Source: an uncultured candidate division Zixibacteria bacterium (GTDB lineage Bacteria; Zixibacteria; MSB-5A5; UBA10806; 4484-95). Taken from it: 64,000 nucleotides of DNA. How positions within the stretch are numbered: the first letter of the stretch is position 1; the number at the start of each line of letters is the position of its first letter. Shown here piece after piece: positions 50,468-59,166 of the stretch. The translations under genes were made by a program, and so were the position numbers. The notes under the pieces were generated by a model. That model saw nothing but the letters and a program-made list of their open reading frames with translations, ran no database searches and was not told the origin of the DNA. The stretch covers positions 188,021-252,020 of the forward strand of contig CAXXKA010000005.1 of NCBI GenBank assembly GCA_963668625.2, in the 5' to 3' direction.

Positions 50468-52747
50468 TTATTTGAGATATAACAGCTTGCGGTGAGATGT
50501 TATTTCTTGATTTGACAACCTCAGATAATACTGCCCGGTGGCTATCCCCTCGGGAGACCAGACTACGCTGTGATGACCTGGAAACAGGTAATCATCAATG
50601 ACTGTGGCTACGTGACGGCCTAATATATCGTAGATATCGGCGGTAATCTCCCCTGCCTCGGGCAACGTGAATTCGATACGGGTGGCTGCGTTGAACGGGT
50701 TGGGATAGGCTGCGATATCGATGGTTGAGGATAATATCGATGGTGAGGATTCCACGGCGGTGCCGGTTCGGGTTATACTCCAGACTGATTGCTGATCGGT
50801 GGCTAAATATATTCGGTTGGTATCAGAGGGATCGATGACAGTAATGGCATTACTGTATAAAGTGTTCAAATCGTTATTAAATGGTTCCCATGATTGCCCA
50901 CCATCATGAGATTGAAATAACCCGTGGTGGTGTGAGTTAACATAAATATTATCAGGGTTAAAAGGATTTACTGCTATACCTGATAGCCAGAAATATCCGC
51001 TTTCATAGGTAATATTATTAGTAATATTATCCCAGCTATCGCCGCCATCACTTGATTTAAATATCCCTTTCCCATAAGTGGCTATATAAATGATATCACT
51101 ATTATTCGGATCAAATTCGATATCGGTGCCACCATAGGGGTCTTCGGGCAAGTTAAACTCTTCCCAGGAATCGCCTTTATCCTCAGATTTAAAAAACCTG
51201 CCTTGATTGTCGCTAACTACAATTATAAATGGCTCTGAACTACTTGCATTTATGCATCGTATAGTGACATAATCGAAAGGTGAAAAAATACATTTATTCC
51301 AGCTCACGCCTAAATTGTCAGAGCAATAAATCCCGCTACTGCCGCACACGAATAGCCGTCTGTTGCCGTTATCATTTAAGATTGCTACCTTATAGAATAC
51401 AGAAGTGTCAGGAAGACCATCCGTGAATAATCCCCATGTATTGCCCCCATCAGTTGATTTGTAAATCCCACAATAATTCGCCCGATCCCAATGAACCAAT
51501 CCCCCATAAATGCAATTGCTGTCTACAGGATCAGTTAGTACATTAGTCGTGAAGTACGTTGCTTGTGAGCACCAGATACTATCATGAATCAAATCCCATT
51601 GCTCGCCGCAGTTATCAGTCTTATAAAGATGTGATGCCGAATTCAGATATAGTTTGTTTGAATTGAAATGATTAATTGTCAATCCCCAGCAATTCGCATG
51701 CGAAATGTTTTGACTTATCTTCTCCCAGCTAGCGCAGTCATCGGTAGATTTATATAGGCCGTTGTATAAAACAGATAAATACCATGTTCCCGAGAGACTG
51801 TCATATACTATATTATCAGTGAAATAACTATCCAGGCCGCCATTTGAATCCTCCCAGGTTTGGCCGCCATCAATGCTTTTTAACAGGCCATTATCAGAGG
51901 TGCAGATAACAACAGTATTATGATCGAGTGGTGATACGAATACTCCGCGAACGCTGCTGTATTTAAGCGAATCAGGTGTAATATCAACCCAGCTTTCCCC
52001 GGCGTTGTATGATTTTGCCAGACACTGGCATTCCTCCCCATAAAGTGTTTCTCCGCATATATACAGTATGTTATTATCGATTGGATCAATGGCCATATCA
52101 TGAGCCGTATAAGTCGTATCGAGATTATTATGAATGCATTCCCAGCTATTACCGAGATTCTCGCTTTTGTAGATTGCTTTATGATATAGTCCAGAATGCG
52201 TGATCAGATATACGCGGTTTGTGTTAATAGGATCAACGCAATATTTTTGTACATAAAGTCTTTCAAGATTCATAGTCTCCCATGTTGCTCCACCATCAAG
52301 AGATCTAAAATTGTAAAATAAGCCACAACAGTAAAGTATATTTGGATATTGAGGATGTATCTCAAAACCAAATAAATCACCTACATAATGATCAGGTAAG
52401 ATAACATAATTCCAATTCTGGCCGCCATCGATTGTTCTGAGTAATCCTTTGTCTGTTGCTATATAGATAGAGTCCTGATTCGTCGGGTGAAATTTAATAC
52501 GTAATACGGTGTTTGGAATTGTTTCATTGTCGAGATGAGACCAATTTTCGCCGGCATCATCGCTTTGATAAATACCGTACTCTCCTGTCCCGAGAAATAT
52601 TTTTCTATTGTCAAAGGGGCTTATTGATATAGCAGCAATCTTGGCTTCATAAGGCCCGTTTGTAGTCCAGGTGTTTTCCTGACCGATAACAATATTGAAA
52701 AGGCACAAGATCGAAAATATTATAAAAATATGTCTTTTACTTATCAT
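50468..52747 (-). CDS. Secreted BNR/VPS10-type beta-propeller protein with CTD (cassette A)
   Basis: Many SxDGGxTW Asp-box repeats; AYPNPFN...KLLYLK. Confidence 0.9.
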   Translation of the reverse strand: MISKRHIFIIFSILCLFNIVIGQENTWTTNGPYEAKIAAISISPFDNRKIFLGTGEYGIYQSDDAGENWSHLDNETIPNTVLRIKFHPTNQDSIYIATDKGLLRTIDGGQNWNYVILPDHYVGDLFGFEIHPQYPNILYCCGLFYNFRSLDGGATWETMNLERLYVQKYCVDPINTNRVYLITHSGLYHKAIYKSENLGNSWECIHNNLDTTYTAHDMAIDPIDNNILYICGETLYGEECQCLAKSYNAGESWVDITPDSLKYSSVRGVFVSPLDHNTVVICTSDNGLLKSIDGGQTWEDSNGGLDSYFTDNIVYDSLSGTWYLSVLYNGLYKSTDDCASWEKISQNISHANCWGLTINHFNSNKLYLNSASHLYKTDNCGEQWDLIHDSIWCSQATYFTTNVLTDPVDSNCIYGGLVHWDRANYCGIYKSTDGGNTWGLFTDGLPDTSVFYKVAILNDNGNRRLFVCGSSGIYCSDNLGVSWNKCIFSPFDYVTIRCINASSSEPFIIVVSDNQGRFFKSEDKGDSWEEFNLPEDPYGGTDIEFDPNNSDIIYIATYGKGIFKSSDGGDSWDNITNNITYESGYFWLSGIAVNPFNPDNIYVNSHHHGLFQSHDGGQSWEPFNNDLNTLYSNAITVIDPSDTNRIYLATDQQSVWSITRTGTAVESSPSILSSTIDIAAYPNPFNAATRIEFTLPEAGEITADIYDILGRHVATVIDDYLFPGHHSVVWSPEGIATGQYYLRLSNQEITSHRKLLYLK

Positions 52748-52766
52748 AGACTACGCTCCTTTATAA

Positions 52767-52792
52767 CAGTCCCCCCACTGAAGGGGGGACTG
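52767..52792. other. Perfect intergenic hairpin
   Basis: CAGTCCCCCC-ACTGAA-GGGGGGACTG between the two cassette A genes; no U tract. Confidence 0.7.
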
Positions 52793-52801
52793 GTTTAAAG
52801 A

Positions 52802-53236
52802 TTAATTTGGGGTATAATTATAATAAACTCTAAATGTTGCAGGCGACTCGAAACCTGCTCCCCCTATATATTGTCCTATTGCTAACCTATATTGAGTTTG
52901 TATAGAAACAGTATCTATACCTGTGATTTCTTTTTCTCCGGAACCTGAGAATAAATTAGCGTCTCTACGCCAATCACCACCCTCCAGTTTAAACCACATT
53001 CTTGCCGGATGTGGAGGCGGATCAGAAGTAACAATATATGTTGCCCGCAAATCGGCTCTGTTACCACAGGGATAATGCCATTCACCCGTTTCCCGAAGAT
53101 AATCACCAGTTGCCGTTATCGAATCTCTTTGAACACATTTGTCACCAGCTATCGCTTTGTTCCCGGCACCATCCCCTAAAATGAAAGCAATGCATAATAC
53201 TACCGCTATTATTGCTAATATGCAAAAACGCTTCAT
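52802..53236 (-). CDS. Small secreted protein (cassette A)
   Basis: Signal peptide; C...TG...PCGN pattern shared with 55859-56296. Confidence 0.8.
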   Translation of the reverse strand: MKRFCILAIIAVVLCIAFILGDGAGNKAIAGDKCVQRDSITATGDYLRETGEWHYPCGNRADLRATYIVTSDPPPHPARMWFKLEGGDWRRDANLFSGSGEKEITGIDTVSIQTQYRLAIGQYIGGAGFESPATFRVYYNYTPN

Positions 53237-53300
53237 AGCTTATTCCTTTCAAAAAGAATTATAAATTTAAAACCAAAAACTATTTTGAAAACTCTAATTG

Positions 53301-53396
53301 TCAGCTTGACGAAAGGTGGACTACGCCCCCCCCGTTCGTAAGGTGATATGAAGTAGCAAGGCTTATAAACGCTTTTATTATACGATGTTTCATCAT
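53301..53396 (-). CDS. Leader ORF A with G8 tract (31 aa; 54 aa ending at 53233 after a -1 shift)
   Basis: MMKHRIIKAFISLATSYHLTNGGGVVHLSSS*; GGGGA SD-like site; homologous to leader B with synonymous changes. Confidence 0.65.
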   Translation of the reverse strand: MMKHRIIKAFISLATSYHLTNGGGVVHLSSS

Positions 53397-53447
53397 GATG
53401 ATTTTCCCCAATATCAGAATGTCAAACAATCTCAGATATTCAACTAT

Positions 53448-53475
53448 AAAATAGCTTAAAATATAATCATGTCAA
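53448..53475 (-). promoter_or_regulatory. Putative sigma70 promoter of cassette A
   Basis: TTGACA-N16-TATTTT, conserved at 56511-56538. Confidence 0.55.
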
Positions 53476-53506
53476 GATAATTCTTTTATTGGATATATTA
53501 CTCGGG

Positions 53507-55813
53507 TTACTTTAGATATAACAGCTTGCGCCCTGATGTTATTTCTTGATTTGACAACCTCAGATAATACTGCCCGGTGGCTATCCCCTCGGGAGACCAG
53601 ACTACGCTGTGATGACCCGGAAACAGGTAGTCATCAATGACTGTGGCTACGTGACGGCCTAATATATCGTAGATATCGGCGGTAATCTCCCCTGCCTCGG
53701 GCAGTGTGAATTCGATACGGGTGGCTGCGTTGAACGGGTTGGGATAGGCTGATACGGATAGTTTAGACGGAAGAAGATTATCTTTATTCGTAATTCCAGT
53801 AGGTGTGCGGTTTATTGTCCAGACTGAGCGAGACTCTGAGGCAAAATACAACTTGGTTGTATCGTTTGAGGCAAACATCATTTCACCAACACCATGAGTG
53901 GTATCCATACCAGCATTGAATGACTCCCAAGTTTGTCCGCCATTATGAGTTTGATATATGCCGTAATGATTTGAAGCAACGAAAATATTTAAAGGATTGT
54001 GAGGGTTGATTGTTATACCTGATACCACCGCAGGGGATTCCTCCAGTGGTAAATCGTTGTTTATTTCATTCCAGTTTTCACCACCATCGATCGATTCAAA
54101 TAAACCCAGGTAGCAACTGCCGGCAAATATATGGTTCTTATCGGTAGGATCGAATTCAATATCTATAACATACTCATGGCGTGGATGCTCCGGCAAATCG
54201 GCCGCCTGATGCCAGGAATCACCCCTATCAAGTGATATATAGACATCGTTTTCATCATCGCCTATTGCTACAACATCAGGATTACTGCTTGCTACCTCAA
54301 CTACCAGAATATATCTATTTGTTGGGATACCATTTGAACAGATGCTCCAGTTTTCACCTAAGTCATCGGAAAAATATAAACCATTATCGGAGGCTAAAAA
54401 AATCCTTCTATCATCGCTTGAATAATATGAAATATTCATATCGGTAAAATTGGCATCTTCAGCAAATCCCTCGTTAAAAAAGTCCCAATCATCACCTCCA
54501 TTGATGGAACGATAAAATCCTCTTGAGGGTTGGATGTACCAATTTTCATAAGCGGACGCACAATAAATATAGTCTTGATTGTATCGATCCAACGATACAG
54601 TAAAGATAATATTCTCAGGCGGACATCCAATATCGATACTTTCCCATGACTCTCCCATATTATCTGAAAAGAAAAGCCCGTTATTTGCTGCTGCTATAGA
54701 TATGTTTTGATCAAAATCGCTAACTGCCAAGTCAAATATAGCAGCACAATTCAAATTGTAACTAATTCTCTGCCATGATTCTCCCTCATCAATACTTTTA
54801 TATATCCCATCATGATAGGTACCAAGATAAAGTATAGAATTTGTAGTGTCGATTTCAATTGTGGCTAGTTTTGATTGACTTAATCCATTATTGATTTGAT
54901 ACCATGTATCCCCGGCATCAATGCTTTTTAAAACCCCATCATAACTGGTACAAATAAAAAGGACGTTGCTGTTAGAAGGTAAAACTTTTATGTGCGATAT
55001 CTCAGGGGCTGTAAGTATATCGGGCGTTATATTAATCCAATCATCCCCACCATTAATTGACTTTGATAAACATTCTGTGTTTGGAGGTTGTTCGTAAACT
55101 TTTCTTGACAGGTATATTATATCGGAATTATTGGGATCGATTTCAATATCGGAACCATACCCAACTGTATCAATATTATTTTGGATATTAGTCCAGGTTT
55201 GAGCTCGATCTTCGCTTTTCCATATTCCGAGGCCGTAAGCAAATCCGCTTGCTACGATGTAAATAGTATCTGGATGATGGGTATCAATTGCTATAGATGA
55301 TATCCCGATATTACTAGGGATACCTGGTCTCTGCCATGATTGGCCATTGTCAAAAGTAATCCATTCGTTCATAGGACCACCGGTAATTATTATATTGGGA
55401 TCAGTTGGATGAATAGCTAAGGATCTCAATTCACAATTCCATGACGAAGGTGGTGAAATTTGATACCAATCATCACCGTTATTGTTGGATTTGAATAATC
55501 CCCCAGCAGTAGCAGCATAAACTGTATCAGGTGTAATAGGGTGAAAGTGAATTTCGCGTAAAGTGTTATGAAGCACTGAAGATTCAAGATGATCCCAATT
55601 CGTGCCGTTGTCTAAGGATTTGTAGATACCATTTACAATTGTGCCTATCAAAACAGTGTTTGATTCTTCTGGATGAACAATGATTGTTTTTACTGTGCCA
55701 CCTTGAGGTCCGTTGCATTGCCATTCATTGTCATTTGCTATTGCTACTTGACTTAAAGCTACTATTGATAAAAACATAGTAATTCTAATTATTGAGAGGT
55801 ATTCTCTTGTCAT
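53507..55813 (-). CDS. Secreted BNR/VPS10-type beta-propeller protein with CTD (cassette B)
   Basis: Paralog of 50468-52747; Asp-box repeats; near-identical CTD. Confidence 0.9.
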   Translation of the reverse strand: MTREYLSIIRITMFLSIVALSQVAIANDNEWQCNGPQGGTVKTIIVHPEESNTVLIGTIVNGIYKSLDNGTNWDHLESSVLHNTLREIHFHPITPDTVYAATAGGLFKSNNNGDDWYQISPPSSWNCELRSLAIHPTDPNIIITGGPMNEWITFDNGQSWQRPGIPSNIGISSIAIDTHHPDTIYIVASGFAYGLGIWKSEDRAQTWTNIQNNIDTVGYGSDIEIDPNNSDIIYLSRKVYEQPPNTECLSKSINGGDDWINITPDILTAPEISHIKVLPSNSNVLFICTSYDGVLKSIDAGDTWYQINNGLSQSKLATIEIDTTNSILYLGTYHDGIYKSIDEGESWQRISYNLNCAAIFDLAVSDFDQNISIAAANNGLFFSDNMGESWESIDIGCPPENIIFTVSLDRYNQDYIYCASAYENWYIQPSRGFYRSINGGDDWDFFNEGFAEDANFTDMNISYYSSDDRRIFLASDNGLYFSDDLGENWSICSNGIPTNRYILVVEVASSNPDVVAIGDDENDVYISLDRGDSWHQAADLPEHPRHEYVIDIEFDPTDKNHIFAGSCYLGLFESIDGGENWNEINNDLPLEESPAVVSGITINPHNPLNIFVASNHYGIYQTHNGGQTWESFNAGMDTTHGVGEMMFASNDTTKLYFASESRSVWTINRTPTGITNKDNLLPSKLSVSAYPNPFNAATRIEFTLPEAGEITADIYDILGRHVATVIDDYLFPGHHSVVWSPEGIATGQYYLRLSNQEITSGRKLLYLK

Positions 55814-55858
55814 TTTATCTCCAATAAAGCCCCCCTTGGGAAATTCAATTTAAGTAAT

Positions 55859-56296
55859 TTAGCTACCGCTACTTGCTCTATATGTCGCTGTAATTTCTAA
55901 ATCTTCAAATGAGCCAGCAGCGCCACTAACACGTGTTAGCCTAAGTTCATGACTTGTGCTAGGCCCAACAGGTATCCACTCGCCTGAATCTAAAGAATAG
56001 TCAGTATATGGAGAAAATTCATCTTGTTCAAAGGTCAGGTCAATAGATGTGCCAATAAGGTTAAGTCGTAAAATCGGATTGCCGGAGGTTTCAGATGTCC
56101 TGCTAAAACTGAATGTCCACCATACATTATTATCACACGGATCGTATGCCCCTGTTGTACAAACAGGATTGTTGCTGTCATCAGCAGCTGAACAACTAAC
56201 ATTGCTCTGGCATTGCCCCCAGGCTGTTGTGCTTATTCCCATACCCAGTACCAGTAAAAGACAAAATATCATTGTAAATGTGTTAATTCTATTCAT
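55859..56296 (-). CDS. Small secreted protein (cassette B)
   Basis: Signal peptide; C...TG...PCDN; 145 aa versus 144 aa for its positional partner. Confidence 0.8.
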   Translation of the reverse strand: MNRINTFTMIFCLLLVLGMGISTTAWGQCQSNVSCSAADDSNNPVCTTGAYDPCDNNVWWTFSFSRTSETSGNPILRLNLIGTSIDLTFEQDEFSPYTDYSLDSGEWIPVGPSTSHELRLTRVSGAAGSFEDLEITATYRASSGS

Positions 56297-56356
56297 TGTT
56301 TAATTCCTCTCAAATCAAACTTATAAATTTAAAATCTAAAACTCTCTGAATTTTAA

Positions 56357-56455
56357 TTATAAGCCAGATGAAAGGTGGACTACGCCCCCCCCATTAGTCA
56401 GGAAGCGAATACTTTCTAACCGTATAAACGATTCATATACGCGATGTCTTATCAT
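56357..56455 (-). CDS. Leader ORF B with G8 tract (32 aa; 48 aa ending at 56310 after a -1 shift)
   Basis: MIRHRVYESFIRLESIRFLTNGGGVVHLSSGL*; GGGGGA SD-like site. Confidence 0.65.
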   Translation of the reverse strand: MIRHRVYESFIRLESIRFLTNGGGVVHLSSGL

Positions 56456-56510
56456 GATGCCATTCCCCCGATATTATAATGTCAAAAAATAATTTCAAAT
56501 ATCCATTAAC

Positions 56511-56538
56511 AAAATATGAAAATAAACTATCATGTCAA
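56511..56538 (-). promoter_or_regulatory. Putative sigma70 promoter of cassette B
   Basis: TTGACA-N16-TATTTT, as in cassette A. Confidence 0.55.
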
Positions 56539-56667
56539 GTAAAAACTATAATTGGATATATTAATCTGGTTATTAAAATCAGGAACAAATTACTATGCTA
56601 TAAAGTAATAAAATTCTATATAAACATTAATACTTGACAAAATGCTAAAGTAGGCTAATTTAATCAC

Positions 56668-57219
56668 ATGAAAAAGATCGTAATTGACGCCGTAATACTT
56701 AGTCTCCTTGCACTGGCTTTAGCCGTTATAGTTAACGCAGTCTCCCCCAAAGGGATAGATATAATCGGTGAGTGGTACGACAACCGCGAGAAAAACGAGT
56801 TGGAGATACCCCCATCTTATGATGCCGAATTCGACTCGCTTATCTCGATGCAGGAGGCATACCTTCTGTGGAAGGACAGCGCCGCTATTTTCCTGGATAC
56901 GCGCGAACCGTATGAATACGACGAGGGACATATCCCCGGCTCTATTAATTTCCCATTCGACTACTGGGATGATTGCTGGCAGCGTGTCGAGCCGCTTTTA
57001 TCTAAAGATGCCGTTATAGTTTGCTATTGCGGCGGATTCGATTGTGAACTATCGCTGTTTACCGCCCGCGAGCTGAAGATGATCGGCTATGATAACGCCT
57101 TGATTTTCTTTGGTGGAATAAATAAATGGAGCGAGGCCGAACTACCGTTAGATTATGGCTCGCCGGATACCGAGTATCATAATGGCGATGAGACCGATGA
57201 GGATGTTACTGATGAATAG
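56668..57219 (+). CDS. Rhodanese-like domain protein
   Basis: FLDTRE, GHIPGSINFP, CYCGGFDC. Confidence 0.9.
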   Translation: MKKIVIDAVILSLLALALAVIVNAVSPKGIDIIGEWYDNREKNELEIPPSYDAEFDSLISMQEAYLLWKDSAAIFLDTREPYEYDEGHIPGSINFPFDYWDDCWQRVEPLLSKDAVIVCYCGGFDCELSLFTARELKMIGYDNALIFFGGINKWSEAELPLDYGSPDTEYHNGDETDEDVTDE

Positions 57220-57688
57220 TTTCGTGATGCCGAAATCCGGAAGTGATTGGTTTATATTCGTTATCAGGGTGATAATTGGCGCGGTATTCGTTTACGCCTC
57301 AATCGATAAGATTATCAATCCCGGCGATTTCGCCAAAGCAATACACAATTATCGTATGTTGCCGCCGGCGTTCATCAATATAGCGGCTCTACTGATGCCC
57401 TGGTTGGAGCTTATCACCGGCCTGGCGCTCATTACCGGCTGCAGATACCGGGGAGCCAATATTCTCATCCTGGGGATGCTGGTGGTATTCATTATTGCTC
57501 TGGCCGAAGCTTACAGTCGAGGGTTAAATATCAATTGCGGATGTTTCTCCACCTCGGATACGGCCAAATCCAACCTCGTTGCCCGGATTATCGAGGATGC
57601 GCTGATGGTGATCGGCTGTTTAATTATCATGTTCAAGGACAGGATATTCAAAAGGCGAGCCAGCATGACGGTTGAGACAGCGGTGTAG
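57212..57688 (+). CDS. MauE/DoxX membrane protein
   Basis: FVYASIDKI, PWLEL, GLNINCGCF. Start reassigned to ATG 57212. Confidence 0.88.
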   Translation: MNSFVMPKSGSDWFIFVIRVIIGAVFVYASIDKIINPGDFAKAIHNYRMLPPAFINIAALLMPWLELITGLALITGCRYRGANILILGMLVVFIIALAEAYSRGLNINCGCFSTSDTAKSNLVARIIEDALMVIGCLIIMFKDRIFKRRASMTVETAV

Positions 57689-57863
57689 TTAGCAGTTCAG
57701 CAGACGAGGAAATCTATAAACCACAAATTAATAAACATATTAACCAATATAGTGTATAAAATAGCTGTCTAATATAATTAATTAGGTTGACTTTACTATT
57801 ACATATTGGTAAATTAAGTCTACAGATAGAGTATTCATCGTTGATATATCAGCTATAAGATAG

Positions 57864-58058
57864 GTTTTAACTTTTAATCATAGAATTGAGATATACAATA
57901 TAAATAGTCAACTCGTTAATACCATACTTAATGAATCAAGATCGGCTGGTTATCATGAAATAATCTGGAATGCTTCATCAGTAGGATCAGGTATTTATTT
58001 CTGTAAAGTCTCCGTAGGAGAATTCGTTGATACAAAAAGAATGGTTTTATTGAAGTAA
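57864..58058 (+). pseudogene. Orphan CTD module with no gene body
   Basis: RIEIYNINSQLVNTILNESRSAGYHEIIWNASSVGSGIYFCKVSVGEFVDTKRMVLLK*; in-frame TAG at 57861 and no upstream start codon. Confidence 0.8.
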
Positions 58059-58069
58059 TAATTCAGTTC

Positions 58070-58099
58070 AAGAAGCTGTCCGTAACAGGGCAGCTTCTT
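58070..58099 (+). terminator. Terminator-like hairpin after the orphan CTD
   Basis: AAGAAGCTGTCC-GTAACA-GGGCAGCTTCTT. Confidence 0.7.
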
Positions 58100-58141
58100 A
58101 TAATCTTTTATTGACGAGTAAAACATATTCAGGAGGTTTAG

Positions 58142-59095
58142 ATGAAAATAATTATGTCATACAAAATAATAACCTATACTTTTTTATGCCTGATCTTTAC
58201 GCTTTCTTTCTGCAAAAAAAACACGGAACCTGATGATCCCATTATAATAATTGATCCTCCTCCAAATAGAAGTGTCCATGATACCAATCCTACATGGTCC
58301 TCGGTTCATAATCTGATCGCCTATATTCATTATCTTGACGAGGATAGCCTGGTTGATAACAGAGCACGCGGGATTCACCTGATAAACCCCGATGGTACTA
58401 ATGATCAATTTTTCCATGATGGCGGCGGAGCGTTGGCCTGGTTTAGCCTTGACTGGGCTCCTGATGGCAGTTGTTTGCTGGTACGAAATGAAATCGGCTT
58501 ATTTAAAATATCTTATCCTGATAAAGTTATTGATACATTAAGGTATAACATCGATCCAATGTCTTTTTCTTATTTAATGGCGACCTTCTCACCGATTGGC
58601 GATAAAATACTCACAGTTACTAACGGCGGTGATTATGGTGGTATTCATTTAATGAATTCTGATGGATCGGACAATCATAGGATTATTCAACATGCAATGA
58701 GTCCTTTCTGGATTGCTAACGATTCAATTGCTTATATGAACTTTGAACCTGAATTCCCTTATTATTCTTTGTGCATTACAGATACTACAGGGCTTTCTAG
58801 ACGGCAATTACTGGTTAATGATAGCTTATTATATGTGGCAAATATTTCAGCAGATACACATTTTCCAACAAGACGTATCGCCATCTATGGGCCATCTTTT
58901 GATGGCATATACCCCGATGATCTGGGGAAAATGGAACCTGATTGGCAGGAAATAACCCTTCTAACTAATGACAGTGAATATCCCTGTTTCTCTCCCGATG
59001 GTAATCAAGTTGTTTTCACCTATGAGAAAAAGGGCTATGGCGGTTTGTATATAATCAATTGGGATGGTACGAATATGCGTCAGTTGACTGAGTAA
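58142..59095 (+). CDS. TolB-like (PD40) beta-propeller lipoprotein, copy 1
   Basis: LSFC-KKNTEPDD; WAPDG, FSPDGNQVVF and INWDGTNMRQLT repeats. Confidence 0.85.
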   Translation: MKIIMSYKIITYTFLCLIFTLSFCKKNTEPDDPIIIIDPPPNRSVHDTNPTWSSVHNLIAYIHYLDEDSLVDNRARGIHLINPDGTNDQFFHDGGGALAWFSLDWAPDGSCLLVRNEIGLFKISYPDKVIDTLRYNIDPMSFSYLMATFSPIGDKILTVTNGGDYGGIHLMNSDGSDNHRIIQHAMSPFWIANDSIAYMNFEPEFPYYSLCITDTTGLSRRQLLVNDSLLYVANISADTHFPTRRIAIYGPSFDGIYPDDLGKMEPDWQEITLLTNDSEYPCFSPDGNQVVFTYEKKGYGGLYIINWDGTNMRQLTE

Positions 59096-59166
59096 AACAT
59101 ACAAAAGTAAATAATTATAAAAAATTAATTTGTAATAATATTTTACTACTATTTCAGAAGGTTTAG

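Noticed and set aside
53301-53396. Double-glycine RiPP/bacteriocin precursor (LTNGG-G)
   Set aside because: No ELxxxEL leader pattern and no peptidase-ABC transporter or modifying enzyme nearby. The glycines are better explained by the G8 tract.
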